DNA of 64,000 nt, from positions 3,037 to 67,036 of the IMG/VR virus record IMGVR_UViG_2724679131_000001, one strand, 5' to 3'. Source of the DNA: a virus. Its lineage: Duplodnaviria; Caudoviricetes. The translations under genes were made by a program, and so were the position numbers. Under the pieces are notes generated by a model. That model did not search any database, had not been told where the DNA came from, and saw only the letters and a list, made by a program, of their open reading frames with translations. Positions 18,122 to 28,424 of the stretch are shown here, piece after piece; positions within the stretch are counted from its first letter, which is position 1; every line of letters begins with the position of its first letter.

Positions 18122-18565
18122 TTAGGACGCCTTGATTTCGTCAAGAAATTCGTAGCCGCTAAACGTAAACGGAAGTTCCGTTTCTACGATTTTGTTCGCC
18201 TCAAAGTTAACGAGGTCAATCTTATCAAACTGAACGCCTTTAAGCCGGATACGCTCGTATCCGTAGGCTTCCGGGTCATCCAGTTTCGCAATGAGTTCAG
18301 TGACCAACGGCTTGCCACGGTCTGTGCCTACTTGGCCGATCGCTTTTACAAGCGTCGAAGTAACGCGAAAGCCGGAGATTGACCCGGAATAGGTTACGTT
18401 CGTAGTTTTATGACCGGTCACACGCGTGCCCGCAAGGTTTAATTCTTCTTTGTTAATGTCGCCGGATGCTTCGCATTTGTTAAAATTCGTCAGCCATTGG
18501 CCATCCATCCACACGGTTCCATAGGATCCGTTAATTGTACGGGTAGGGTCAAGTACCATCTTCAC
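18122..18565 (-). CDS. Tail tube protein (XkdM-like)
   Basis: INGSYG.VW.DG, KLDDPEAYG.ER, ELPFTF. Confidence 0.9.
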   Translation of the reverse strand: MKMVLDPTRTINGSYGTVWMDGQWLTNFNKCEASGDINKEELNLAGTRVTGHKTTNVTYSGSISGFRVTSTLVKAIGQVGTDRGKPLVTELIAKLDDPEAYGYERIRLKGVQFDKIDLVNFEANKIVETELPFTFSGYEFLDEIKAS

Positions 18566-18572
18566 ACGCTCC

Positions 18573-19640
18573 TTAAATGCTAATAGTTAGCAAGATTTTT
18601 TCCATCGAATCAACTTCTTGGTAGTTAATCGATAAATAAACGGTATCCCCAGTGCTCGGATATTGCGGGTCAAGCACTACCGATTTGTCGTTAAGAATAA
18701 GTACGTCTTCGTTTTCTAACGTTTCAAGGTACGCCTTAATTGCGCTGATTAACGCCGCTTGACCGTCAGCATTGTTGTTTAGCTTGCCAATATAGTTATC
18801 GCGGGCAGTTTTTTCGATGTCCCTCGCGATTGCATAACGGGCGCTAATGCTGCGGATTTTCTTCTTGCCGGTCGTAATCCCTTGCTCGATTTTTACATTG
18901 TCGCCGTCGTTTACAAGCACGAGCGAACCGGCTTTTAGTGCGGTGATAATCTCGCTATTACGCAGACGCTTCGTTACATCGTCTACCGGTACCGCCGTAT
19001 AGGTAATGGAACGATTAATCGGTGTACCTGCGATCAGGCCAGCAATATACGGTGCATACTCGGCACTTGAGTAATCGACGCCGTCTACTGTTGCGCCTAC
19101 GATAAGGTTAACAACGGCTTCGTCCGCAAGCTGTGACGTCCGAGCGTTGCCGAGCGCAGGGTCTTTGTCGTCCGCAGCAGTGCCGCCAGCCACGAACATG
19201 AATGGATTACGTTCCTGCCGATTTTGTTGCAACCATGCGACCGCCGCTGAAAGCTGTTCTGCACTAACTTCGCCATCATAGACGAATACATTAAACGGAT
19301 AGGCTTCAAAGCCTTCACGTGCTTCCGTGTAGGCTTTATCTTCTGTCACGTTTGTTCCGTCAATTTTCGGCAATGTATAAGCAACAACCTCTTTTGCTCC
19401 GCCAGCAAACGCGAATTTAATCGACTGAATATTGTCGCTCCCGAATAGGTTGATTGCGTCGCCAACGTTATCAATTACGTAGTATTTTTCGGCCGTAGCA
19501 GTGCCGCTGTACTTTTTAAGGGGAATCGCCACGGTGCCGCGAGTACCCCCGCCAATTTGTGCGGCGGCCGCCTCGACAAAATTAATATACAGACCCGGCC
19601 GAACCGGAAGATTAGACGGGTCCCATTGTGAAAATGCCAT
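18573..19640 (-). CDS. Tail sheath protein (XkdK-like)
   Basis: RPGLYINF, RGTVAIP, KIEQGITT, YIGKLNN, DSMEKI. Confidence 0.92.
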   Translation of the reverse strand: MAFSQWDPSNLPVRPGLYINFVEAAAAQIGGGTRGTVAIPLKKYSGTATAEKYYVIDNVGDAINLFGSDNIQSIKFAFAGGAKEVVAYTLPKIDGTNVTEDKAYTEAREGFEAYPFNVFVYDGEVSAEQLSAAVAWLQQNRQERNPFMFVAGGTAADDKDPALGNARTSQLADEAVVNLIVGATVDGVDYSSAEYAPYIAGLIAGTPINRSITYTAVPVDDVTKRLRNSEIITALKAGSLVLVNDGDNVKIEQGITTGKKKIRSISARYAIARDIEKTARDNYIGKLNNNADGQAALISAIKAYLETLENEDVLILNDKSVVLDPQYPSTGDTVYLSINYQEVDSMEKILLTISI

Positions 19641-19645
19641 TTATG

Positions 19646-20101
19646 TCACTCCTCATTTTTAACCGCCGAATTGACGGTCATAATTTTTTCATATTCCGGT
19701 AACTCCCTCATGTCACGTGTTTCCGTCTGCATGACGGCAATCGCGTATTTCAGCGTGCCCGTCTGCGTCGCAAAAACGGAGCCATAAGAAAAGCCCTTCA
19801 CGCGGATATAACGCGAAGAGCCTCGTAGTGGTATGACGAATTGACCGTTTTTAGCTTTCGTTTCCAAGTCGTCAAACCTCGTAAAGACAGCCGCCGAACT
19901 GGCTCCGTAGTATACAAGCTGAAACTCGCGGTCATTTAAAAATGATGCGCCCGTTTCCGTCTTGATGTCGGTGTATTGTGATACGATAACGAACGTGTCC
20001 GCGACCGGCGACGCCGGAACGTCTTGGCGCACGATTGTTGCCGTCGGATACATGTCGTGCAAGTAATCGTATATCGAGTTTAATTCGTTTATAAGCGTCA
20101 C
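19646..20101 (-). CDS. Tail terminator-like protein
   Basis: Position and size. Confidence 0.6.
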   Translation of the reverse strand: MTLINELNSIYDYLHDMYPTATIVRQDVPASPVADTFVIVSQYTDIKTETGASFLNDREFQLVYYGASSAAVFTRFDDLETKAKNGQFVIPLRGSSRYIRVKGFSYGSVFATQTGTLKYAIAVMQTETRDMRELPEYEKIMTVNSAVKNEE

Positions 20102-20499
20102 CAGCCGGCACCTCGCAAGGCGGACTCTATATCATCCGCAAGCTGTTGTTCCCATTTTGCTTGATTTTCTTCCGCGGACTTGTCGAGATACTGATGCACG
20201 CCTCCAACATTTTTGCCACCCGCGTCCAGCTCGTGAATATAGTACGCGTAGTTAAAGTCGCGCTCGATTGCTGTGGACGAAACTTCACCAATTAGCTCGC
20301 CGTTCTGATCTTTAACGCCTTCTGACTTAATACCGCGCCGCAGCGTGCCCTTGTCAATTGGGGCAATGTCGACTGCCTGCACAACCCAGTCGTCCAGCGC
20401 ATCCATAAGAGATTCTTTTGCCGCTTTATGTGCAGTTACCGGTGCGAGTGCAATCAAACTCGCCACTCGGCTTGTGTCTAACTCGAATTCTCTCGCCAT
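20098..20499 (-). CDS. HK97 gp10-like tail-completion protein
   Basis: APIDKGTLR, YAYYIHE. Confidence 0.8.
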   Translation of the reverse strand: MAREFELDTSRVASLIALAPVTAHKAAKESLMDALDDWVVQAVDIAPIDKGTLRRGIKSEGVKDQNGELIGEVSSTAIERDFNYAYYIHELDAGGKNVGGVHQYLDKSAEENQAKWEQQLADDIESALRGAGW

Positions 20500-20511
20500 T
20501 GTGATCGCCTC

Positions 20512-20853
20512 CTATACATACACAATCGTAAGCATCGGCTTGCCGCCTACGTCACGCTTGATCTCAATCGTTATGGGCGCCCAGGTCAGCGTAACGCCTA
20601 GCTCGTTCGTGTATTCAAATTTGTCTGTCAAGGCGACATCAGCAAGTTTATCGAGGTAAATTTGTGCATTTGAAACAACTTCACTCGCCTGTATACCGGT
20701 AGTGTTAGCAGCCGTTGTGCTAGTACGGACGAGCTTCGCGCCTTCCTGTACACGGCATTTCAAGGCTGTGCGGTCGGTTGTTTGTGTGCCTTCCCATTCG
20801 TCGCCTGTCGTGCGTACGCGTATCACCGTCTGTTTCATAGGAATAATCGCCAT
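20512..20853 (-). CDS. Head closure / stopper protein
   Basis: MAIIPMKQTV..DEW; position. Confidence 0.65.
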   Translation of the reverse strand: MAIIPMKQTVIRVRTTGDEWEGTQTTDRTALKCRVQEGAKLVRTSTTAANTTGIQASEVVSNAQIYLDKLADVALTDKFEYTNELGVTLTWAPITIEIKRDVGGKPMLTIVYV

Positions 20854-20854
20854 A

Positions 20855-21241
20855 TCACAGCACCGTCCATTTCGCACGGGACAACGAAACTTTTACCTCG
20901 TTTACTTCGTTGATCAGCGCGACTGTGCTTTTCGGAATCATGTCCGCCAAGTCCTTCGCGCCAGTATTTGCGAAGCCAAACGTAGCAACCCCAGACACCG
21001 AATAAGACGATATACCTTGCTGCGCATATTTGTTCGTGTCGTTAAACGCCGTTGCCAGCACTGCCGCAAAATCGTACACCGCATCGTCGGGAATTGTGGC
21101 CGAAGGAAACCGACGGGTCAGCGTGGTTGCCGCGACATTCAATATTCGTAATTTTTTCGCCTCGTCCGCTTCTTCCCAGTCCTCCGTCACAATCACGTTT
21201 GCACCGATGTACGCATCAGCATCTGTTACATTAACGGCCAT
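20855..21241 (-). CDS. Head-tail adaptor
   Basis: ADAYI...W, QGISSYS; position. Confidence 0.65.
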   Translation of the reverse strand: MAVNVTDADAYIGANVIVTEDWEEADEAKKLRILNVAATTLTRRFPSATIPDDAVYDFAAVLATAFNDTNKYAQQGISSYSVSGVATFGFANTGAKDLADMIPKSTVALINEVNEVKVSLSRAKWTVL

Positions 21242-21256
21242 AGCCGATCACCTCCG

Positions 21257-21469
21257 TTATTTGGCGGAGGCTTTCGGCTTAGCAGGCTCCGCTTTAGTTT
21301 TCGTCTGCTTAGGTTCGTCAAGTCGCACAAAATAACGCGGCACCAACGCATCCAGCACCGCGATTTCTTGCGCTTTATTCGTTTCGTAGCGTCCGTTTTG
21401 GTCGAATCTTATGCTATTCTTATCGTCAATGCGGACGGAATAGTATGGATGTCCTTTATATGTCGCCAT
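21257..21469 (-). CDS. Small head-associated hypothetical protein
   Basis: GAGGAGGG RBS, directly after capsid gene. Confidence 0.7.
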   Translation of the reverse strand: MATYKGHPYYSVRIDDKNSIRFDQNGRYETNKAQEIAVLDALVPRYFVRLDEPKQTKTKAEPAKPKASAK

Positions 21470-21485
21470 CTATTTCCCTCCTCGA

Positions 21486-22610
21486 TTAAGATACAGATTT
21501 GCTTACGTTTTCTAAGACTGCGATTTTTTCCTTTGCGTTCATGATCTTGACGCCATATTCGCCGCGAATTTGACGAGCAACAAAGTCGGCACCCGGAGTA
21601 GTTGCATCGACGTCATACACGGCACGTCCTTGTAACGGATGCATCGACAGGATGCTGCGATCGAACAGAATAACTTTATCTTTCGGCATATTCTTATCGA
21701 CGACAATAGTCGCAACGTCACCGCCCACAATATCAGAAACAAACGTAGCAACATAGCCACCGCGAACAGTGTCTTGCCGTTCAATCTGAATTTTGTCATT
21801 CAGCAACTTCGAAATTTGACGTGCACCGGCAGTATTTGTAAGAATTGTATTTACGTTACCGCCGCGTTGATAAACTTCTTCAAGTGCATCGTTAATGACT
21901 TTCGCGGTTACTTCGCCACCGTTTAAATTTTGTTTTACGGAACCCTTGATGCTGGCAAAGTGCAGCAAACCGCCGGTCATCCGAGGTTGCCCCGCTCCAC
22001 CATCAAAACGACGTCCGTAAATCAAAGCGTCGTTAAATTCACGAGACAACTCTTTCAAACGGAGCTGGACTTGATAGTCGAGCTCGTTGTCGACATTGTA
22101 CGTCCGGACAGCTTGTTGTGTATTTGTTACTTGCGCGTAACGTTCGAAAATTTGCGTGTAGTTATAGTCAACATAACGATCGTGGCTTTCGTCTTGACCG
22201 ACACCCGCGCCTTCAAGTTGTGGACGGGCAACAATCCGGATTTCATCTTCTGCGGCTTTATGTGCCTCTGCGGTCGTGCCGTCGAATCCACGAACAACCG
22301 CCAGCGTGTCGCCATTAATCGCTGTAACTTTCATGTACTCATCGCCGATAACAAGCAATGCGTTCACGCGAAACTTAGAGCCGTCCCCTTCTGCTACATC
22401 GAAAGAAGTCACCGCTTCGTCAATGTCCGCTTTTAAATTGGAACGGTTGGAATTTAAGTGGTCAGACATCCATTCAAACTTTGTTTGCGATAAAGGTTCT
22501 CCGTTTAATCCTACAAGCCCGAGCAATGTCGGCTCATCTTCGATAATCATCGAAATGCCGGCGGATAAATCACGGACTTGGTCTTGAAAGCTATAAGAAT
22601 TTGCAGCCAT
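21486..22610 (-). CDS. Major capsid protein (SU10/DUF5309-like)
   Basis: KFEW..D, NYTQIF, PRMTGGL, IRGEYG. Confidence 0.88.
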   Translation of the reverse strand: MAANSYSFQDQVRDLSAGISMIIEDEPTLLGLVGLNGEPLSQTKFEWMSDHLNSNRSNLKADIDEAVTSFDVAEGDGSKFRVNALLVIGDEYMKVTAINGDTLAVVRGFDGTTAEAHKAAEDEIRIVARPQLEGAGVGQDESHDRYVDYNYTQIFERYAQVTNTQQAVRTYNVDNELDYQVQLRLKELSREFNDALIYGRRFDGGAGQPRMTGGLLHFASIKGSVKQNLNGGEVTAKVINDALEEVYQRGGNVNTILTNTAGARQISKLLNDKIQIERQDTVRGGYVATFVSDIVGGDVATIVVDKNMPKDKVILFDRSILSMHPLQGRAVYDVDATTPGADFVARQIRGEYGVKIMNAKEKIAVLENVSKSVS

Positions 22611-22642
22611 TCTTCAAAACACTCCTTTTGTAAAATAGATAG

Positions 22643-23362
22643 TTACTTATTCAGAAACTGTTTTAACTTATTGGAAAGGTCGATGACCTTCCGAAAATCT
22701 TTTTTGCTTTTGGCTTCCTCCAGTTGCATTTCAAGCGTTTTTACTTCATCACTACTACCAGATTCTCCTCCATTTGTAGGACTCCCAACTGGTTTTGGTG
22801 TCTTAACGTCAACTAGGAAGCTATATTGGTCAACAAGCGTTTTTAACACGTCGTCAAGTCCTGCAACCGCCCCGTTTTCATCGACTTTTACCGCGGATAA
22901 GTCGGCGAGTTTTAAGGCGGCGTCAATCCTTTCCGGCGGGATATTAACGCTTGGTGCCGATTTAATAAAGGCGTTTGTGATTTTTTCCCGCTGTACTCGA
23001 CTATTCAATTCTTCGAGTTGTTGCGATAACGCATTTCGTTCTTCCTCGAATTTTTTCGCCAATTCTTCTGCCCGTTCCTTTTCGGATAGCTCTGCGAGGC
23101 GCTTCTCTTCGAGTTCCTTTTCGTATTCCGCCGCTTTCGACTTCAATTCGTCATAGTCCGCATACTTATCGAGCTTTTTTCGTTCACGTGCGATGCGGTC
23201 GGCGATAATCCTATCGACTTCTTCCTGCGTAAATGTTTTCGATTGCTCGGCGCTAGGTGTTTTTTCCGCCTCCGCAGGCGTTGGTTCGTCCGCCGGCTCC
23301 GGTTCATTTTCCGCAAAGAATTGCAAGTTCAACGGCAGTAATTTCGCATGTTCGTTTGTCAT
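22643..23362 (-). CDS. Capsid scaffolding protein
   Basis: LNLQFFAE, KTFTQEEVD.II..RIARE, coiled coil. Confidence 0.9.
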   Translation of the reverse strand: MTNEHAKLLPLNLQFFAENEPEPADEPTPAEAEKTPSAEQSKTFTQEEVDRIIADRIARERKKLDKYADYDELKSKAAEYEKELEEKRLAELSEKERAEELAKKFEEERNALSQQLEELNSRVQREKITNAFIKSAPSVNIPPERIDAALKLADLSAVKVDENGAVAGLDDVLKTLVDQYSFLVDVKTPKPVGSPTNGGESGSSDEVKTLEMQLEEAKSKKDFRKVIDLSNKLKQFLNK

Positions 23363-23435
23363 TTTGGACCTCCGTTTAAAGCCCGTCGGCTGTAGATTAC
23401 CGAAAGTTTAACGCCATTTCGTAAGGCAAGGTTAT

Positions 23436-24257
23436 TCAATACATGTCCGGTCGCCTTATCGGCGATACCGTATGGGCACAATTTGGATGAAACAGCTCTC
23501 GGTTTGGAATGTCGCCGATATACGTATAGTCGCCCGGCGCATCCTGCACCAGCTTCACGATTTTTCCTTCCCATTTACCACAAGCATCTTTCGCACCATG
23601 ACTCGAAATAATTCCGTAATTGGCACCACGTTGTACTGCTTCATTCATTGTTGCCTCGTTCGTCAGCCGCATCATTTTCGTGCGCGTTACCATATCGACA
23701 TAAACTTCCGGCTTCCACCGACGCCCTGACGCGTCTATGATGCCGCTGTTCAGCGCGCTGCCGAGTTTCTGCCGTAAGCCTGCGAGCGTATCGGCGTTCA
23801 TTGTCTTGCGGCCGTTTACGCCTTTTGCAAGGTTGCTCCGCATCGACTCGGCGACAACCTGCCGCACGGTCGCTTTTACCTTCTTATCGACGTTTTGCGT
23901 AACCGCGAGCAAGTCTGCCTGTGTATCCTCGACAGCTGCCTGCACAAGCTGCGCGTTTACCCGATTAAACTTAACGAGCTGCCGCGCCTGCTCCAGCGTA
24001 TTAACGACACCTAGTGCAAGAATCGCTTCGGCAACGCCTTGCCTTGCAGCTGCCGGTATATTTTCCTCGACCCATTTCGCGGCGTCCTCGTTAAGGCTCG
24101 CCAATATGTCGGCAACCGACTTTAACAAAGCCGTCTGATTGGCTCGTTTAAAGTCCGTTAGATCAAAACGATCAAGTTCCGCCTGTATATCAGCAATCGC
24201 ACGCTTGTAGTACCGCACGAGTTCAGCAATTTGCGCTTCATATTTCGAATCAGCCAT
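23436..24257 (-). CDS. Minor capsid / head morphogenesis protein
   Basis: DASGRRW, DAC..WEG, FHPNC.H. Confidence 0.85.
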   Translation of the reverse strand: MADSKYEAQIAELVRYYKRAIADIQAELDRFDLTDFKRANQTALLKSVADILASLNEDAAKWVEENIPAAARQGVAEAILALGVVNTLEQARQLVKFNRVNAQLVQAAVEDTQADLLAVTQNVDKKVKATVRQVVAESMRSNLAKGVNGRKTMNADTLAGLRQKLGSALNSGIIDASGRRWKPEVYVDMVTRTKMMRLTNEATMNEAVQRGANYGIISSHGAKDACGKWEGKIVKLVQDAPGDYTYIGDIPNRELFHPNCAHTVSPIRRPDMY

Positions 24258-25902
24258 CGTCTACATCACCGCCAGTATCAGCCGGTTCCGCTGGTTCTGG
24301 CGGCGCCTGTGATTGATTGAAAATTGAAGCGTCGACGGTTCCGCTAGTACGTTCCTCGTCGTCTTGGATGCGCGCAAGCGTTTCGTTTGCTTTGTCGTCG
24401 TCCACTTCGTCGAGCACCTTAATTGCGCTGTGCTGGTCGATTGTTGGTTTGCCGCCAGTACGCAATTGCATAATTTCCGCAAGTTCTTTTTCATCCCGCG
24501 GGATGCCGTCTTTCCAGTTAATCGTCGGATAAACGGGCGTATATGGCTTAAAGCCGGTCACACCTTTATTTGCTGCCAGTTCGAGCAGCTGTGCCTTCCA
24601 TAGCGCATTGCGAATCGCCTTGTCGTAATGGATTCGGATCCGCTTCACTTTTGACAGAATTGGCATGAACCGGGCTTTTATCGAACCGCTATCCGTATGC
24701 GATGTACCTGTTCCGCCTTTATCGGCTGACGTTGATGTGCCGAAAAGCCATTGCGGCGTTTCCGACATCTGGAAAACAAGTCCGAGCAGCAAGTCAAGTT
24801 CCTTAAATGCCGCGTCTAGCTGCCCGTTCCATGTGATCGCTCCCGGCGTCGGATCGTCGCTTTTAAGCGCAATGTACCGGCCGCCAAACCGTGCGCTGTC
24901 ACCGGTGGCCTCCTCTAAATCTGGGCCATAAAGCGTCGGGTCGCTGTGTTTCCACAGGATATAGTCGATTTGGACGAGTCTATCGTTTATCGCCGCAAGC
25001 ACCGTTTCGAGCTTTTCGACGCCGCTCACGCCTGCCCAATCGTCATCAACCGACTTATACGGCGCATGATCAAGTAAGATCATCGGTACACCTGTTTCCT
25101 CTAGGTCGCTTTCCCGGCCTGTTGGCACCCGCTCACCTATCGTAAACACCTGAATCGGCACGCCATAGGTTGTGTTCACTTGCGGACTGTGTAGCGTGTA
25201 GCGCTCGTAAGTAATATAGCCGGGCACGTGGCGTTCAACATTCAAAAACGGCTGTTCGTCATCCTTCGTTTCCACCCATTCAACCCAGGCGATGTTAACC
25301 GCCTTGAATTTCTTTACGTTACCGCGCGAAGTTTCCGGGAACACATAATCGGCACGCACGTGCTCAATAATCGGACCCATTTCAGCGTCTTTTGGAATTG
25401 CTTCCGGTGGCAATGCGGAAAAATCATCGTAATAACCATACCGTGTCTTAAACCAAGCATCACCACGATAACCGTTGCCGATCGTGCTTTCGTGTATCTG
25501 CACGTTTAAATCGTTGTTTTCGACGATACGGTTCAGCGCCTGCTGCTCCGGCGAATCGTCGGGCTTGCCGGTTTCATAGCTCGGAGGCTCACCGACCATC
25601 AGATCGGCCGGCTTCGTCAGCAATATGTCCATCAAGTTAACCGCAATGTATAACTTGTCTAGCTGCTTGGCCTGCGGTGTATCCCGCAGCACTTTCGTTG
25701 CCCGCTGCAAAATTTCATGGCGTCCGAGGTAAGCCGGCTCGGAATAGTAGCCGTTAAATATCGTTCGGCCGCGTCGGTATTTCGCTATACGCGGTAGGTC
25801 ATCCAATGGCGGATAATAAGCGCCAGGCTGAAAAAGCCGATAGTCGCGTGTGTGTTCGTAAAAATCGTCGATAATATCGTTCACTGTGGATCGAAATAGC
25901 AC
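24250..25902 (-). CDS. Portal protein (SPP1 gp6-like)
   Basis: Follows terL; ITWNGQL; probable GTG start at 25902 after GGGAGG. Confidence 0.88.
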   Translation of the reverse strand: MLFRSTVNDIIDDFYEHTRDYRLFQPGAYYPPLDDLPRIAKYRRGRTIFNGYYSEPAYLGRHEILQRATKVLRDTPQAKQLDKLYIAVNLMDILLTKPADLMVGEPPSYETGKPDDSPEQQALNRIVENNDLNVQIHESTIGNGYRGDAWFKTRYGYYDDFSALPPEAIPKDAEMGPIIEHVRADYVFPETSRGNVKKFKAVNIAWVEWVETKDDEQPFLNVERHVPGYITYERYTLHSPQVNTTYGVPIQVFTIGERVPTGRESDLEETGVPMILLDHAPYKSVDDDWAGVSGVEKLETVLAAINDRLVQIDYILWKHSDPTLYGPDLEEATGDSARFGGRYIALKSDDPTPGAITWNGQLDAAFKELDLLLGLVFQMSETPQWLFGTSTSADKGGTGTSHTDSGSIKARFMPILSKVKRIRIHYDKAIRNALWKAQLLELAANKGVTGFKPYTPVYPTINWKDGIPRDEKELAEIMQLRTGGKPTIDQHSAIKVLDEVDDDKANETLARIQDDEERTSGTVDASIFNQSQAPPEPAEPADTGGDVDDG

Positions 25903-25922
25903 CGCATCAACCTCCCTTCCGT

Positions 25923-27689
25923 TTAGTAAAGCCATTCCGGCTTATCTATAACACGTACTTTCGCTTTTTTCGTAACCGACAGCGCCATCGCCAAACTGTC
26001 CGGGCCGTCATCGTGCTCGCCGGTACCGTAGCGCTCGAATTGCTCGAGCAATAGCGCGTGCCGCCGGCAAAACTGCATCTTACCGTTTTCGATGTCCGGC
26101 AGCATTGCTTCGATACGCAACTCCTTACGCGTTCGTTGCTGGATTTTTTCGACGCGTTTATATGCCGGGTATCCAACCGACTGCAATCGCTGTTTTAACT
26201 GGTCGACGAAAAACTCTTGCGCCATTTGTGCCTCGGCTGCAATGCGATCGGGCTGCCACTTTAACGTCATTTCGCATATGTCCTCTATAAATTTATCCGG
26301 CTTAGCGCGCTCCACGTAGCTGTCGACAACGTAAACGACGCCGGTCTGTTTATGTTTTGCAATAACGGTTATGGCCGAATAGTCACCGCGCTGCTTGCCC
26401 ATCGCGAAGTCAACACCCATATAAATCGCGTATTCTCCATTCTTGAAATCCCGCATCGGGTCTTTGTCGTCCCAATACGTAAAAGTTTGCGGATTGAAAA
26501 CCATTGACTCTTCATCAATCGGATTGTTTTGATACTCCGTATTAAACGCCTTCGAGCCGTTGTTCCACTTCCACATCATTAGCTTAATTAACGGCTGTAC
26601 TTCCGGCCACAGCACGCGGCTACCTTCAAGCATTTCCGCCTCGTGTTCGTGATAAAATGCAAGGGCATCGGCTTGGCGGTCGGGATTGTCATAATCGACA
26701 TATATCTGCCGGCACTGCTCCCACAAATCTTGGCGTGTTGGAGGCTCGATAAGCGCCCGATAAATCTTTGTTTTAAAATCCGACCGCTTATACAGCACGT
26801 TCATCAGCAGTGAGTCGTGGTGCACGGTCGTGCCCATATAAATAAACGCGGTGTGCTTTCCTTTCGGATCACCTAACGGCATAACGGTTTGTGCAAACCA
26901 GTCCTTCAAAGCACGCCGTTGTTCGGGCGTTGCCGCGTTTCCGCCTGGACGAGCGTCCTCTAAGTCGTCGAGGATTACGAGGTCGGGACGCGAGCCGTTC
27001 CAGTTACGACCGCGAAGGGCTTGCCCAGTAGATGCCGCTTCAACTAGTGCAATTTGCTTGCGGAGATCGCCGTCCGGGTGCCACGCAATAAATCCGTCAC
27101 CATTGTCGCGAATGTTTGCTTGGTCTTTCGGCGACAGTAACGGACCGAAGTCCTCGCGGAGCTTACGATTGAATTTCAACTGATTCCGTATCCATTCCAT
27201 GTTAGCTTTCGATACTGCCGGTGTTTCCGAAATGATAATGATATACTTACGGAGGCGATAAACGACCTCATGAACCGGAAAAGCCTTCGATAAATAAGTC
27301 GACTTGGCGTGTGACCGCGGGGCAGCAACTGCTATTTTCGCGTTCACGAGCTCGTCCGACACAACGTTCATAATGTCGGTAATCTCGCGGTGAAATTCCG
27401 CAGCATCTTCCACGGACGCTACGTCGAAATCTTCCCAGTTGCCGTCATTTCCGGGATTGCGAACGCCAAAGTACTCGATAGAAAATTCGAGCAAATCCGT
27501 TTCACACCGGTGGATGCGTTCAAGCCGTGCAAGTTCTTTTGCACGATCGACATAATCAACGGCTAGGTCGGCCGGCATTTCGTCAGTGTCCGGATACTGT
27601 TCGTCGATAACTTCGAGATATTCCCGGTATGTGGCGATCAGTTCCGCTCGTTCCTTACGGTCAAGCCATCGTTCATCTACCCACGCCAT
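25923..27689 (-). CDS. terL: Terminase large subunit
   Basis: APRSHAKST Walker A, ILDDLE Walker B, GVDFA and HDDGPD nuclease motifs. Confidence 0.95.
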   Translation of the reverse strand: MAWVDERWLDRKERAELIATYREYLEVIDEQYPDTDEMPADLAVDYVDRAKELARLERIHRCETDLLEFSIEYFGVRNPGNDGNWEDFDVASVEDAAEFHREITDIMNVVSDELVNAKIAVAAPRSHAKSTYLSKAFPVHEVVYRLRKYIIIISETPAVSKANMEWIRNQLKFNRKLREDFGPLLSPKDQANIRDNGDGFIAWHPDGDLRKQIALVEAASTGQALRGRNWNGSRPDLVILDDLEDARPGGNAATPEQRRALKDWFAQTVMPLGDPKGKHTAFIYMGTTVHHDSLLMNVLYKRSDFKTKIYRALIEPPTRQDLWEQCRQIYVDYDNPDRQADALAFYHEHEAEMLEGSRVLWPEVQPLIKLMMWKWNNGSKAFNTEYQNNPIDEESMVFNPQTFTYWDDKDPMRDFKNGEYAIYMGVDFAMGKQRGDYSAITVIAKHKQTGVVYVVDSYVERAKPDKFIEDICEMTLKWQPDRIAAEAQMAQEFFVDQLKQRLQSVGYPAYKRVEKIQQRTRKELRIEAMLPDIENGKMQFCRRHALLLEQFERYGTGEHDDGPDSLAMALSVTKKAKVRVIDKPEWLY

Positions 27690-27821
27690 GCTATCGCCTC
27701 CTTTTCGTTTGATTTGCGCGTGTTCAACGCCAGCTAAGGCGTTTGCTTGCGGTACCTGTTAAAACGCCTCTACGGCTCTCCTACGAAGCCACAGCGCTAT
27801 GTAATTATCGTTATGAATTCG

Positions 27822-27850
27822 TTGACTTATCGTTAAATACACGTTATACT
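27822..27850 (+). promoter_or_regulatory. SigA-type promoter of the small recombinase
   Basis: TTGACT-N17-TATACT. Confidence 0.8.
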
Positions 27851-27884
27851 GAATGTAACAAAACGGGAAACGGAGCTGATTCGT

Positions 27885-28424
27885 ATGAAATTAGTACAGC
27901 CAATTCGCAATAAACGTGACATTGAGCGTATGAAGAAAGCACTCAGTAATCCGCGCGACCGTTTATTGTTTATCGTCGGCATCAACTCTGCCCTGCGTAT
28001 CTCCGACATTCTAGCACTTAAGGTCGGTGACGTACGCGGAAATCAAGTCATCAAACGCGAGCAAAAGACTGGTAAACCTAAGTCGTTTCCTGTTAACGAA
28101 TCTATCCGCAAAGCCGTTCGCGAGTGTGTGCCGGCCGACGCGAGCGACGACGACTGGCTATTTCCGAGCCGTAAAGGTAACCGTCCTATTTCTCGTGTGC
28201 AGGCTTACCGTATTCTCAATGAAGCAGCTGAACGTGCCGGCATTAAAACGGAAATAGGCACACATAGCCTTCGCAAGACTTTCGCATATCATGCTTATAA
28301 ATCCGGCGTTGATCTTTCCGTCCTAATGTCCGTGCTAAACCATAGCAGTCAACGCGAAACATTGCGTTATATTGGCATCATACAGGATGACATAGATGCC
28401 GTTTACGCTTCCGTTAATCTATGA
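27885..28424 (+). CDS. Small (catalytic-domain-only) tyrosine recombinase
   Basis: VQPIR start, LRISD, EQKTGK, HSLRK, LNHS, TLRYI. Confidence 0.92.
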   Translation: MKLVQPIRNKRDIERMKKALSNPRDRLLFIVGINSALRISDILALKVGDVRGNQVIKREQKTGKPKSFPVNESIRKAVRECVPADASDDDWLFPSRKGNRPISRVQAYRILNEAAERAGIKTEIGTHSLRKTFAYHAYKSGVDLSVLMSVLNHSSQRETLRYIGIIQDDIDAVYASVNL

